DNA of 64,000 nucleotides from Hemiscyllium ocellatum (lineage: Eukaryota), in the NCBI RefSeq assembly GCF_020745735.1, contig NC_083413.1, positions 98,242,409 to 98,306,408 of the forward strand, in the 5' to 3' direction. Under the pieces are notes generated by a model, which did not search any database, was not told the origin of the DNA, and saw only the letters and a program-made list of their open reading frames with translations. Positions 1 through 12,099 of the stretch are shown one piece after another (the stretch's first letter is position 1; every line of letters begins with the position of its first letter). The translations under genes and the position numbers were made by a program.

Positions 1-249
1 CTATAAATAATGTTTAATGTCAGTGACACCCTGACTGTGAGTTTTATTATCAACAACAAATGCTACGAATTCAAAGATGTTCAAGATATTACCAAACATG
101 ACTAAAATATGCTAAAATATCATTATTCATTTCTTGAATATATGTTCTTACCATGATTATATTTTCTCATTTATTTTGTTAATTTTGTTGATGACAAGCA
201 GGTTAGAAACTGTCATCAAAGTTTCTTGCGGTGCTATATTGCATTCTGT

Positions 250-540
250 TGATTAGATTCGGAGTTTGTTTTACTTGATTCTGTTGAATTGAGTTGATTG
301 GATTTTGGCTTTGTTTTAGTTGATTCGGGTTGAACTGTGTTGATTGGATTCTGACTTTGTTTTTACTTGGTTTTGTTGAATTGTGTTGATTGACTTTTGA
401 AATGGTTTTATTTGATTCTGTTGAATTGAATTGGTTGGATTCTGATTATATTTCATTCAAATCTGTTGTTTTAAGTTGATTGGATTCTGATTTTATTTTC
501 CTTGATTCTGTTGAATTGAGTTGATTGGATTCTTATTCAG
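250..540. repeat. About 45-bp tandem minisatellite, about 6 diverged copies
   Basis: Unit approximately tttgttttacttgattctgttgaattgagttgattggattctgac, starting near 266, 310, 356, 403, 447 and 492. Confidence 0.8.
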
Positions 541-2140
541 TTTGTGAAATTGATCTGCGTTTTCATGCTTTCTGAATCGATGTTTTCTTTCTGGTGAGGA
601 GATTGACTCTCTGGAATACTTTTCATTACCAATATTTGTGAAGTTCTTTTGTTTTTCATGAATCATTTCTGCATTTGTTAAACTTATATGACACATTTTT
701 CTCTGCTTGATTGAAAACATGACATCCATTTGTAACGGTCTGAAAAACAACTTAAGGCAGAAACCCAGATGTGTGAGAAATGAAAAAAAAACGAGTTTTT
801 AATGGATTGACTTTAAAAAAAAACTCAGTTCTAATTGTAAACGAACTGAATTTTGTTTTGAGTAGCCTCATTCAAAATAAAATTTGGGACCTAAATCTGA
901 AACTGCAGAATTGATCAGATTACGTAATTGAAACTAACTTAAAATTATAATGTGGTAATATTTGTCCATTCAGTAATTTTGTTTTGACCACGAGGTGATT
1001 AATCAATATATGCCTTCAACCCCACTCTACTGTGCACTGCACAAGATTGTCATGATCAGGAAGGGTGTGCAGGTTAGAAATAAATTGAACTATTGCCAGA
1101 AACGTTACAGCTTTAAGTGTTAAGTCCCCTCACAAACAAGGTTGCTATTATGACCTGTTATTTCTATTCAATTTAATCATTAGTTTGCTTGATTCTGAGC
1201 AGCTTTGTTAGACTTCAATTTGGTTTTATTTGTGAGGTGACATCATGTTCTTGGTTCTGTTGAAAATGTTTGCAGAGCTAGTTCTGCTGCAAACATACCG
1301 TGTTGTGATCTGGTGATCGTTGATCTGTTGAGGAGGGACTGTGCTTGGGTAACATTAAATGTGTTATATTTGGGAAACCGTTTCTGGTTTCTACATTGTT
1401 TTTGCAATGTTAACACGGTTGGTGACAGTGAACTGCTCTTTCCTCATTCAATGCAATCAGCATGCGAGTTACAATTTCATAAAGTCTATTATAAAGTGAA
1501 AGGCAAATCGCACAGGTTTTAGAAATGAAGGGAAAACAGATACCTTCAGGTGCTATTTTTACTTAAAATAAATAATTAAGGATTAATCTAATCCATGCTT
1601 TACAATCCAAATTCGAAACTCAACTATCTAGTTCAATCACAAGGTCTGTCTTTAAACAGTTTACAAGTCATAGAGAAATATAAATAGAATTTCAAAAGTC
1701 TAATGTTCTAATAATTCTTGCTCTTGCACTGCCATGACTGTGCTATAATTGATCAAGAAACACCTTTCAATTCCGCTGTACACTACATACATATTTTTCT
1801 GGCTGGAAAAGATCATTGGCAAAGACCATTTGGAAATTCTGCTCAATTGTATGAAGAACAGATCAGTTTCACTGCTTTGATCAGTTTCACATATAACTTG
1901 AGTTAATTAATTGTTATGTCCCTGATTAAACTGGATTTGCAGGATAAAAATAAAACATTAACTGAATTATTTAACCTGCACAGTGCTTTAGGTGTTCCCA
2001 ATCTGTGCATTTTAAATAAATAGTTACATATTACAACAAAATATCAACTGAAGAGTCATTCTTCGGGAAACAACTGCTATAGTGAATTATGTGACCAACC
2101 AAATTTCGAATTAATTAAAGTAATCCACTCATGAACTCCA

Positions 2141-2482
2141 GGGCAGCATGGTGGCTCAGTGATTGGCATTGCTGCCTCACAGCGCCAGGGTCCCAAATTT
2201 GATTCCACCCTCGGGTGACTGCCTGTGTGGAGTTTGCACATTCTCCCTGTGTCTGTGTGGGTTTCCTTCGGGCGCTGTGGTTTCCTACCACAGTCCAAAA
2301 GATGTGCAGGTCAGGTGATTGTGCAGTTTAGCACAGCCATAGTGTTCAGGGATGTCTAGGTTAGGGTGCATTAGTCAAGGACAAATATAAATTAGGGGGA
2401 ATGGGTCTGGGTGGGCTACTTACTGTTCAGAGGGTCAGTGTGGAATTGTTGGGCCAAATGGCCTGTTTCCATACTGTAGGAA
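2141..2482 (+). mobile_element. HE1-type V-SINE (tRNA head, V domain, CR1-derived tail)
   Basis: gggcagcatggtggctcagtg...tgtgtggagtttgcacattctcc...gggccaaatggcctgtttcc; similar to the other copies in this window. Confidence 0.85.
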
Positions 2483-2726
2483 CTCTCCTCTTAAAACCAT
2501 GGGAGTACTTGCTGCAAACGCAGAAAATTCATTTTACATCGATGTGTTCAGGCGTATGCAGAGTTCACAAATTTGCAGAAGACATGAACTAGAGGATAAC
2601 AGAGCACATTGTTTATTCAAACACTGAAAATAGAGTAATATTTATTTTAATTAATATACTTGATCGATTTATTGCAATGTAGCGATCTGAAGGAATCTGC
2701 TCACATTAGTCCAGTGTGACAATCAT

Positions 2727-3015
2727 TTAGATTAGATTTCCTGCAGTATGTATCAGGCCATTTGGCCCAACAAGTCCACACCGACCCTCTGAAGAGTAAC
2801 CCACCCAGACCCATTCCCCTACCCTATATTTACCCCTGACTAATGCACCTAACACTATAGACAATATAGCATGACCAGTTCACCTGACTTGCACATCTTT
2901 GGATTTTGGGAGGAAATCCACACAGACACAGGGGAGATTGTGTAAACTCCACATAGGCCGTCACCCGAGGCTGGAACCGAGCCTGGGTACCTGGATCTGT
3001 GAGGCAGCAGTGCCC
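2727..3015 (-). mobile_element. HE1-type V-SINE, 5' truncated
   Basis: Reverse-complement match to the SINE consensus built from the other copies; ttagattaga tail. Confidence 0.8.
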
Positions 3016-5732
3016 ACATTACTTAGACATCCGTTAAAGTGGGCAACTCCAGACAGAAGCATGTTTTCAATTCATACCTTTTTCAACATTTTCGTTCATT
3101 ACAAGCAGTTAACAAGAAAATAACCTTGCCCTAATTCCTTCAACAGAAATGCTTTCCACACTGGAATGCAGTATTGTTTATGCAGTGCATGCAAAATCTC
3201 CACAATTCGAGGAACGTTTTAAGAATATGTAAAAATAATTTAGAGAATAATCCATTTCCTCCAGATCTGTGCTTTAATTGGCGATATTTCCCACCTCAAT
3301 AATTTTGTTAAATACAATGACTTATCAAGTTTATGAACTCAGTGGTTATTTATATTTATTGTGAATACATTCTCGTTCACATTAATCCACTGGTTAGTTC
3401 CTCTGATGAATATTCAATTACAGTGAATATATTTGACGTGAGGAGTTGAGCAATGTATCCTCTGGGATTAAGTCTGTTGTATAGTTTGTTTCAGTGCTAT
3501 CTCTGACTAACTTGTCCACGGTCCTGACCATTTATAAATTGTCCAGTTCGGATACCTGAATCTCAGACAGTTCAATTTTATCTCGCGCTTTAAAACCACT
3601 TTTATCTGCCAGAAATACAATATTTGATTAGGTGCCACAGAATTGAGAGCCCTGACTAAGTTGTTCCAATCAGAACGAACGTTTCAGGAACAAAAGGCAG
3701 ATAGCAAGAGATTTGAAATTGGTTGTTGACAACAAGAGATATTTGATTGAGCGAGGCAGAGGGAAATATGCTGCAGATTTTCTTTGTGCCTCAGTTATGC
3801 AGGAGATGTTTCATGGCACAATGTAAAATCAGAATTTTTTTTGCATCTTATTATTTGAAAACTAATTATCAGCTTTTAATGTTACTGGCAATGGTCTTAT
3901 TACACTTCAGAACATTATAATCTTTTTCAAACTAAGTAGACCGTCTGGTGCAGCAACATTCACAGGGGAAAGAGGAAGGGAGTTCGAGGTTGGAATCTAG
4001 TGACAGTGAATTGATGGCAATGCAATTCCTAGTTTTATTGCTCTGTAGTTCTCATAGAGTTTGAACAATTTGGAGCAGCTGTCAAAGTATTCTTGGATAA
4101 ATGTTGAAATGTTACTTTCATTGTCCAAACATTCTGGAACAATCCCTGGTTGTTGGAAGGTGTTAATAACTAACATGGTTTATAAACTGTCAAAACAGGT
4201 GAGCTGTGTTCTCCGTGATAGTGTCGCGCTCATTGTGTTCAGGTCTGTTGTGATGTTGTGGTAGGGTCCCTGATTCTGTGCCAGGTGGCCTGTGTTCACT
4301 TACAACCTGTTAGAGAGGTATGTAACACCATCTCTTATCAGGTTACTTCAGTACGAGAAAGCAGATTGAGATGTTTGGGTGTTTGTTGGAATTCCACTCA
4401 CAGAGGCCAGTGAAATCTATTCAATCGCTGTCCTGACTTGTGTCTCTTAGACATTAAACAGAATTTTGGTGGTTAGCAGCTTTTTCCAGATCAATATTTG
4501 TTCACAAGCTTTTGGGCATCGCTAGATGGGGTTAATGGAGTAAGTGCTCAAAGAAATCCCAGCTTTTGACTTGCTGTTCTAACAATATCATTTATAACTA
4601 ATCCCGAATGAATCATTTTCAAAGTATATTTGATGAGATTTTGCTTAGGCTGTTTTACTTTATATTAAACCAGTGCTGTAGCTGAATTTGATTGTTCAGT
4701 ACTGTGGGGGTTTCCGTTGAATCCAACACTTGCAGCAGATGGTGATAGCTTTTCAGTTGGTCTTCCATTGCTATCTCAGACCGTCCAGTACCTCTGCTAA
4801 GAATCCTTTTTCCAACAGGAGTCAAGCCAACGGAATCACTGTTTATCTCAACGGGTGTGAGCTCTTGTGCCAAAAACATGAAAACAATTTGGTGAAGAGG
4901 GGGTCTCTGGATGGGAAAGGTTCACCTTGCCTTCTCTCCACAGGAGCTGCTAGACCTGCTGAGTTTCTTCAGACGTTTCTGTCTTTATTTTGGTTTTCTA
5001 GCATTTAAAGTTTGTTGTTTCATTGAAAAACGTTCTGTTCGATTAAACACGTTCTTCAGAGAAAGGATGCATTTGAACAAATTGCAAATGTTCAGAGATA
5101 TTATTGAATTTGAGTGCCCTGATCTCGAGCTGTAGTTTCACAAGAAACTATTATGAAGTAACAACACACTGCAGAGTGCAGTGGCTGCTGTAATTGGGTG
5201 GAAGTTATTTTGATCACTCAAATAGAGAATGTCAGTGATCCCGTTCCAAATAATCAACAGAAGTTTTTTTTAAAGCATGTGTGAAACAATTAATTTATCG
5301 AAATATTTTAATAAAAAGTATTCACGGCCAGTGCTAGCTTAATGAATGACACAATGATAGGAAGGTAGGAACAAGAGGAGGGCACTCAGCCCCTCTAGTT
5401 GTTCCCCCACTTACTTAGATCATGGTGCATCTGTGAGCTCAATCCACAGGTCTCCCTTTGGCTAAAGCTCTTTAACACCTTTGTTTAACAAGCAAAAGCT
5501 ATCCCAGATTTACTGATTTGACTGCCCATAACAAAGGGAGACACCATTTCTGAAAGACATTCCTGTGAGTACTGTGATACAATGAGGCTGGGATTAATTG
5601 CTCATGAAAGTAAACTTTAAATATCTGACAATTTCCAATTGAAACATCCCAATCATCATATTTCATTAATTTAACACTATACTTCCCTGGAATCAAGAAA
5701 TATAATGTGTGATTGCCTTGCTAAAAATGAGG

Positions 5733-5933
5733 AGAAAGTGAGGACTGCAGATGCTGGAGATCAGAGCTGAAAATGTGTTGCTGGAAAAGCACAGCAGGTC
5801 AGGCAGCATCCAAGGAGCAGGAGAATCGACGTTTCGGGCATGAGCCCTTCTTCAGGAAGGGCTCCTTGGATGCTGCCTGCTCCTTGGATGCTGCCTGACC
5901 TGCTGCGCTTTTCCAGCAATACATTTTCAGCAG
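5733..5933. mobile_element. Short palindromic Penelope-derived insertion with hammerhead core
   Basis: Same terminal sequence as the 24000-24687 element, followed by its inverted copy. 15-bp TSD ttgctaaaaatgagg at 5718-5732 and 5934-5948. Hammerhead core on - strand at 5828-5855. Confidence 0.85.
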
Positions 5934-6032
5934 TTGCTAAAAATGAGGGAAGCTTCATTCCTATTATATGATTAAGAAATAGCTCTGTTCATTCAGTGAA
6001 AACACAGTCAAATCACTCAAAAGGAAACCATG

Positions 6033-6236
6033 ATTTGGAGATGCTGGTGTTGGACTGGGGTGTACAAAGTTAAAAATCACACAACCCCAGGTTATAGTCC
6101 AACAGGTTTAATTGGAAGCACACTAGCTTTTGGAGTGACGCTCCTTTATCAGGTGATAGTGGAGCGTCACTCCGAAAGCTAGTTTTCTTCCAATTAAACC
6201 TGTTGGACTATAACTTGGTGTTGTGTGATTTTTAAA
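6033..6236. mobile_element. Short palindromic insertion of a second Penelope-type terminal-repeat family
   Basis: 73-bp inverted arms at 6072-6144 and 6161-6233 around a 16-nt loop. Flanked by aaaaggaaa(c/t)catg direct repeats. Same family as 36212-36368. Confidence 0.78.
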
Positions 6237-7740
6237 AAAAGGAAATCATGTCATCTTGTGTAGACACACAAGTGCCTCAAATAATTTTCAATTCTTCTAG
6301 TGGTTGTTTGAATCTCGAGACAGGTGTGGAAGTGTCAGACTTTTTATATCGCCTTGAGAAACCAGTTGTCATCAGTCTATTTGAATTGCTGAAGTTTGTG
6401 TGGTATTAGCACATTCACAGCGCTGTTAGGAAGTGAGCCCCATGGCTGTGATTGAGGAAGAGGAAACGGGCAGGGAAATAGTTGAGAGTTAAGTTGAAGT
6501 CTGATTTGGAGGAAAGCTTCACATGCATGTGTGCCCTTATCCTCAAGGATCACAATTTTGGAATATGCTGCCGAAGGGACATGTCAGCATGCAAAATGGA
6601 AGCTGAAGAAGGCATCTCGGCCTCTCTAGAAGGCTATTCCATTCATGGGATCATCATTAATCTTGCTGCTCATCAATCTTCCCAACACACTGATAACATT
6701 GAACCTGATTTGTTTACTGTTCAACACAAGAATGGTGAATTCGTTTGGAATTCTCCACCACAGAAATTCATAGATTCAAGACTCATAGATTCTTGAAAGC
6801 GTTGTCTCAAGTACCTAGTGTGTTGAAGGTGTTTGGCGCACGTACCTTCATTGGTCAGAGCACTGAGTGCAGGAGTTAGGGCTTCATGTTGTAATTGTCC
6901 AAAACATTGGAATGAACTGCCAGAGGAAGCGGTAAATGCAGAGATCGGTCCCACATTGAGAAGACATTTGAACAGCTACAGGAACTGGATCGGTCTGGAT
7001 GGATATGGGCCAAAGGCAGGCAAGTGGAATGAGTTTAATTTGGGAACTCTGGTCAGCATGGATGGGCTGGACCAAGGGAACTGTTTCGGTGCTGTACGAC
7101 TTTATGTCTCACTGACTTTATGGTGGATAGGCTCAAAGTTGGAAGGTGGTGAACAAGTGAGGGGCTAGATTGGGCATGTGGGAGAGTTTGGGCTGGTAGG
7201 CTGGTAGGCTGGCTGCTGGGTAAGCTTGCGTGCACTCTGTCTGGCAAGGTGGCATCAAGGTAAATGGTAATGGTCACAGGATAATTTGGTCGAATTGTGC
7301 TTGGTAGGTGAGGGGTAGTTTGAGCTGAAATGCAGGAGGTCTGTCTTTGCCAGGCTGGTTTATGGAGAGGTGGGCAGGATGCCAGGCTGGTTAGTGTAGA
7401 GATGGGCAGGGTGCCAGGATGTTTCAGGGGGTGGAAGGTCACTGTAATGAAGTGACAGGTGGACGTGTTGTCAAAATGCAAAGCTCAGAGTCTGGCAAAA
7501 TGGTAGGTTGTAAAGCACAGATGCCAAAGGAGCTAGGATGCAATGTGCACAGGTTGTCTTGGGTAAGATGAGAGGTCAGTGATCAAGGGCTGAGGTCATG
7601 TCTTGGGTAGTGGGCTTTTGTCAGAGGTTGTGGAAATGATGGTGTCAGGTCCAGTCAGGGCCAGGTTCACCATGGACCAGGTACAGGGCGGCAGGAGTGT
7701 AAATGACTGAAAGGAATTGAGATCATATGTCCATCTGGAA

Positions 7741-8400
7741 TATAGAATATAGAACATTACTGTGCAGTACAGGCCCTTCAGCCCTCGATGATTCCACAGG
7801 TCAGTGTAAAAATCTGAAGCCTATCTATCCTACACTATTCCATTTTCATCCATATGTTTATCCAATGACCTTTTAAATGCCCTTAAAGTGGGCGAGTGTA
7901 CTATTGTTGCAGGCAGTGCGTTCCATGCCCCTACCACTCTCTGAGTTAAGAAACAACCTCTGACATCTGTCATCTATGTCCTCTCCTGCTAGCCATCACT
8001 ATTCAAGGAAAAAGACTTTCACTGTCCACCCTCTGTTTATCTTTTATGTCTCAATTAAGTCAACCTTCTTCTCTCAAACAAAAACAGCCTCAAGACCCTC
8101 ATCCTTTCCTCATTAAACCTTCCCGCCATACCAAACAACATCCTGGTAAACCTCCTCTGAACTCTTCCAAAGCTTCCACATTCTCTCTATAATGTGGCGA
8201 CCAGAACAGTACACAATACTCCAAGTGCAGCTACACCAGAGTTTTGTACAGCTGCAACCTAACCTCGTGGTTCTGAAACTCAGTCCCTCTATCGATGAAA
8301 GCCAGCACAAAGTATGCCTTCTTAACAACTCTATCAAACTGGCTGGCAACTTTTAGGGATCTGTGTACATGGGCACCGAGATCTCTCTGCTCAGCTACAC
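7741..8400 (-). mobile_element. CR1-clade LINE 3' fragment
   Basis: (ATAGA)n tail and reverse-complement C-terminal ORF2 (ORF 8113-8349 LQLYKT-type remnant). Confidence 0.8.
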
Positions 8401-8800
8401 TGTCAATATGGATTGCCTTGGATGTGTTTTGTGTGATAGGGGGTTGTGTGTTCCGGGCATGAATGGGTGTATAGCAGGGTGGGGTTTGTCAATGTGAGTG
8501 GAAATTTAGGTCTAGGCAGAGTAAGTGCAGTGGTTAGTCTGAGAGATGAGGTTTGGTGGTGAACTGCGTATCAGTTTGATAGTTATTAAAGTTAAAGATT
8601 ACTTGTTCATTTCTCAAATCATATTTACATAAATACTCAGCTGTAACACTCCAAAGTCTCTGAACCTTAATGGTCCTCCATTTTTCAGAGGCCTCCAGAA
8701 TTCAGATAATTGTAAATTAGATGTTTCAACTTCCAGCCAATTGGCCTGAGTTCAGCCGTGACAGCCATCCTCCCCGTCCCAGTGCTCAGCTCCTGCCTGT

Positions 8801-8821
8801 GCTGCTGCTGCTGCTGCTGCT
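8801..8821. repeat. (GCT)7 microsatellite
   Basis: Direct read. Confidence 0.9.
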
Positions 8822-8899
8822 GTGACCTTCCTCCCAGAGAGAACATTCTGTCTTACATTGATAAGTGAGGAAGGCTCACTGGACCTGATTTCCAAGTAT

Positions 8900-9188
8900 G
8901 GGGACGGCAAACACGAGGGGACACAACTTTAAAGTGAGGGGAGATAGGTATAAGACAGATAGCAGAGGTAGTTTCTTTACTCATTGAGTAGTAAGGGTAT
9001 GGAGTGCTTTGCCTGCAATGGTGGTAGATTCGCCAAGTTTAAGTACATTTAAGTTGTCATTGGACAGGCCTATGCATGTACATGGAATAGTGTAGGTGGG
9101 ATGGGCTTCATATTAGTATGTCAGGGCAGCGCAACATCGAGGGCCGAAGGGCCTGCACTGCACTGTGATGTTCTATGTTCTATGATTC
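8900..9188 (+). mobile_element. CR1-clade LINE 3' end
   Basis: ...gggccgaagggcctgcactg...ttctatgttctatg tail shared with 31700-31890. Confidence 0.78.
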
Positions 9189-9251
9189 ACTCTGATTTCT
9201 CTCTGGGGGTACTGCCAGCTGTTGGGTATTTCCAGCAGCACGGTACCTAGT

Positions 9252-9570
9252 GGGGCGGCACGCTGGTTCCATGGTTAGCGCTGCTGCCTCACAGTGCTAG
9301 GGACTCTGGCTCCATTCCAGCCTCGGGTAACTGTCTGTGTGGAGTTGGCACTTTCTCCCCATATCTGTGTGCATTTCCTCCCACAGTCCAAATCTGTACA
9401 AGCTGGGGAAATTGCAAATGTTGTGTTCAGTGATTGGGAGGTTAGATGCATTAGTCAGGGTTAACCGTAGCATAATAGGGTAGAGGAATGGGTCTGGATG
9501 CGTTTCTTTTCAGAGGGTGGGTGTGGACTTGTTGGGCCAAATGGCCTGTTTGCACACACTGTAGAATTTC
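9252..9570 (+). mobile_element. HE1-type V-SINE
   Basis: tRNA-like head ggggcggcacg...ggttagcgctgctgcctcacag, V domain and tail; about 340 bp upstream of CH1. Confidence 0.85.
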
Positions 9571-9914
9571 GATGAATCTGCATTTCCTTGGTTTGTATTT
9601 TGTGAAACTTCTCTGCTCTTCACAGCAATCCAATGAAAGTGTCAATTGGTGAGATCTTCAAACAGTTACTGGGGTGGGATCAGGATGTTCTTCTTCCTAA
9701 ATTATATGGCAATGGTCAAGGTCGAGGGCATGTTTCTCAAGAGGGAACCAATGATCATGATCAGCAACTGGTAGGAAACAAAAATAAACTCCAGTTATGC
9801 TGTAGACTTCAGCGGGAGCATACTGGCAAACGGTTACAGCTGAGGATACATTTGAGTAACTGATAAGGTCAAATTAACAGAAACTAACATGCTCAATTGG
9901 TCATTCTATTGTAG

Positions 9915-10223
9915 AGACACCATCTCCCCCCACGCTTTATGGCCTGGTCTCCTCCTGTGAGGAGCACAGCACCGGTTCGACAATCTTTGGTTGTTTGGTG
10001 ATGGACTATTCCCCAGAAGTCACCAAGGTAACCTGGAAGAAAGGTGGGGTGCTAATCACGAATGGTGGATTGAAGACTTACCCATCAGTGAGAAACAAGA
10101 AGGGAACCTACACCCTGAGCAGCCAGTTAACCCTGCCCGGGTCAGCGGTAGATTGCCCCAGCAAAATCTACTGTGAGGTTCAACACAGAGAGTCACACAA
10201 GAGCAAAGAAATGCCATGTCCAG
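9915..10223 (+). CDS. IGHM: IgM heavy chain constant exon CH1 (Cmu1)
   Basis: Acceptor tctattgtag|AG, donor CCAG|gtacgt. Translates (E)[44 protein letters not shown]...[18 protein letters not shown]...[20 protein letters not shown]: an Ig C1-set domain with canonical Cys/Trp/Cys and an N-terminal Cys, typical of shark Cmu1. Phase 1/1. Confidence 0.96.
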
Positions 10224-10299
10224 GTACGTATTGTGGGGACTGAGATAAACAGAGCATCTGGCATTAATATGAATAAGGCATTATTTATAACCATTTTCA

Positions 10300-11500
10300 C
10301 AGAATCCCCTTATACAGCACAGGAAAAAGGCCCTTTGATCCATCCAGTTTACGCCTATCAATAACAGCCACCTAACTATTCCAGTCTCATGTGCCAGCAC
10401 ATGATCCATTGCCTTGTGTGACTTGCCCTTGCAAGGATGCATCTCAATACTTCATACTTATTATGAGGGGCTCAGTCTCTACATGACTTATAGGTGCTGA
10501 GCTCCAGGCTAACACCACCCTCTGTTTGATTTTGTTTTCCCCTGAGATCCACTTGGAACCTCCTGGCCTTACCTTCACCCTGTGCCCCTGAGGCATTGAT
10601 CTCTCCATCAAGGGGAAAGGTTTCATCCAGTTTACCCAGTCTATGCCTAAAATAATTCTAGACATCATGATAATCTTCTCCCTAATTCTCCTCTGCTTCA
10701 AGGAAAACCCCTGTCTATCTCATCTAGTTTCATAACTAAAACCCTCCAACCCAGGCAAGATCCTGGCAAATCTAATCAATACTGCCTTCAGTGTAATCAC
10801 ATTCCTTCGATAACATGCACACAACGCTTCAGTATGGCCTAACCAGTGTTCTATTAATTTCCAGTATCATCTCCCGATTCTTCATTGTCAATGTCTAGGC
10901 TAATAAAAGCAAATATCCTCCCACCTCCTTAGTCTCTTTATCCAGACGACACAGTACTATAGGGGATCGGTGGGTACATGCACCAAAGATCCTCAGGCCT
11001 TTCCAGGGTTCCACCATTCAAAATGTCATACCTCACAGATTCTTCTGCCGAATTACATTACCTTACATTTATCCAGAATAATTTCCATTTGCAACTTCTC
11101 TTCACATACAACCAACCCTTTTATATCCTCCTGCAATCTAAAGCCATAATGCTCATGACTTACCAACATGACAGTTTTCATTTCATCTGTGAATTCACTG
11201 GTTAATCCTCCTAAATTTGAGTCTCAATCATTGGTATGTAAGAGAAATAACGTGGAAATCAACCCCAATCCCTACAGAACACCAGGAGACATAGATTCCC
11301 AGTCACCCAGACACCCGATGACTATTATCCCCTGCTCCCATCACTCAGCCAGTTCTCGATCCAATCTGTCAAATTAACTCGGATCCCATTGGCTCTGATT
11401 ATTGCTATCATCTGGACATCGAGTTATCTCTCTGAAAACTACTATCAAATTGTTACACATGACTTTCTCTCAATAAAACTATGCTGAAAATTGTTGATTT
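10300..11500 (-). mobile_element. Old CR1-clade LINE fragments (CH1-CH2 intron)
   Basis: Diverged reverse-complement RT and 3' region motifs; boundaries approximate. Confidence 0.6.
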
Positions 11501-12099
11501 ATCTTCCAAATGAAGACTAATTTCACTTTTCAATAGTTTCCCTACCACTGAGACTAGCTTGACAGATCTGTGTTTTCATTATTTATCCCTTCCTTTGTCC
11601 TGCGTAACAGTGCAACGTTGGCTGATCTACACTCACTTGGCACAACTGCTGTGGCCAGACAGTAATTCTAAATTATTGTTAGCGACCCAACTATTTCATC
11701 CCTTGCATCGCTCAACCGCTTGGTATACTTTTCATCTGCCCTGGAAATATAACCACTTTTCATTTAGCAAGACAACACAGAACATCACGTCATGTGTCCT
11801 AATTTCGGAAAGTACATCACAACACTCCTCCATGATTTCTGTCCCCACATTGTCCCTCTTACTAGTGAACACTGACACAACACATTCGTTTTGACCACAA
11901 CCTAATCCTCCGGCTCCACTCCAATAATAACACTTAATGGGCATTACTGTTTCCCGAATAATTCTTTTATTATGAATGAGCCTGTAACTTTTAAAAATAT
12001 TTTCCTTTATTTTGACTCCTATTATTTTCTCATGGTCCCTTTTGCTCTTCTAATTCCTTTGTCTTTCAAACTCCCCCTTGCGCGTTCTGTACTCCATAC

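Noticed and set aside
250-540. CRISPR-like array
   Set aside because: Eukaryotic context, and the repeats are contiguous and degenerate with no unique spacers.
8721-8825. ATG-initiated 34-aa ORF ending in poly-Leu, resembling a leader peptide upstream of CH1
   Set aside because: The poly-Leu comes from a (GCT)7 microsatellite and is followed directly by TGA, with no splice donor.
10140-10223. Extra cysteines in CH1 (DCPS, MPCP) as a novel feature
   Set aside because: Similar cysteines occur in other shark Cmu1 sequences as I recall; novelty cannot be claimed without an alignment.
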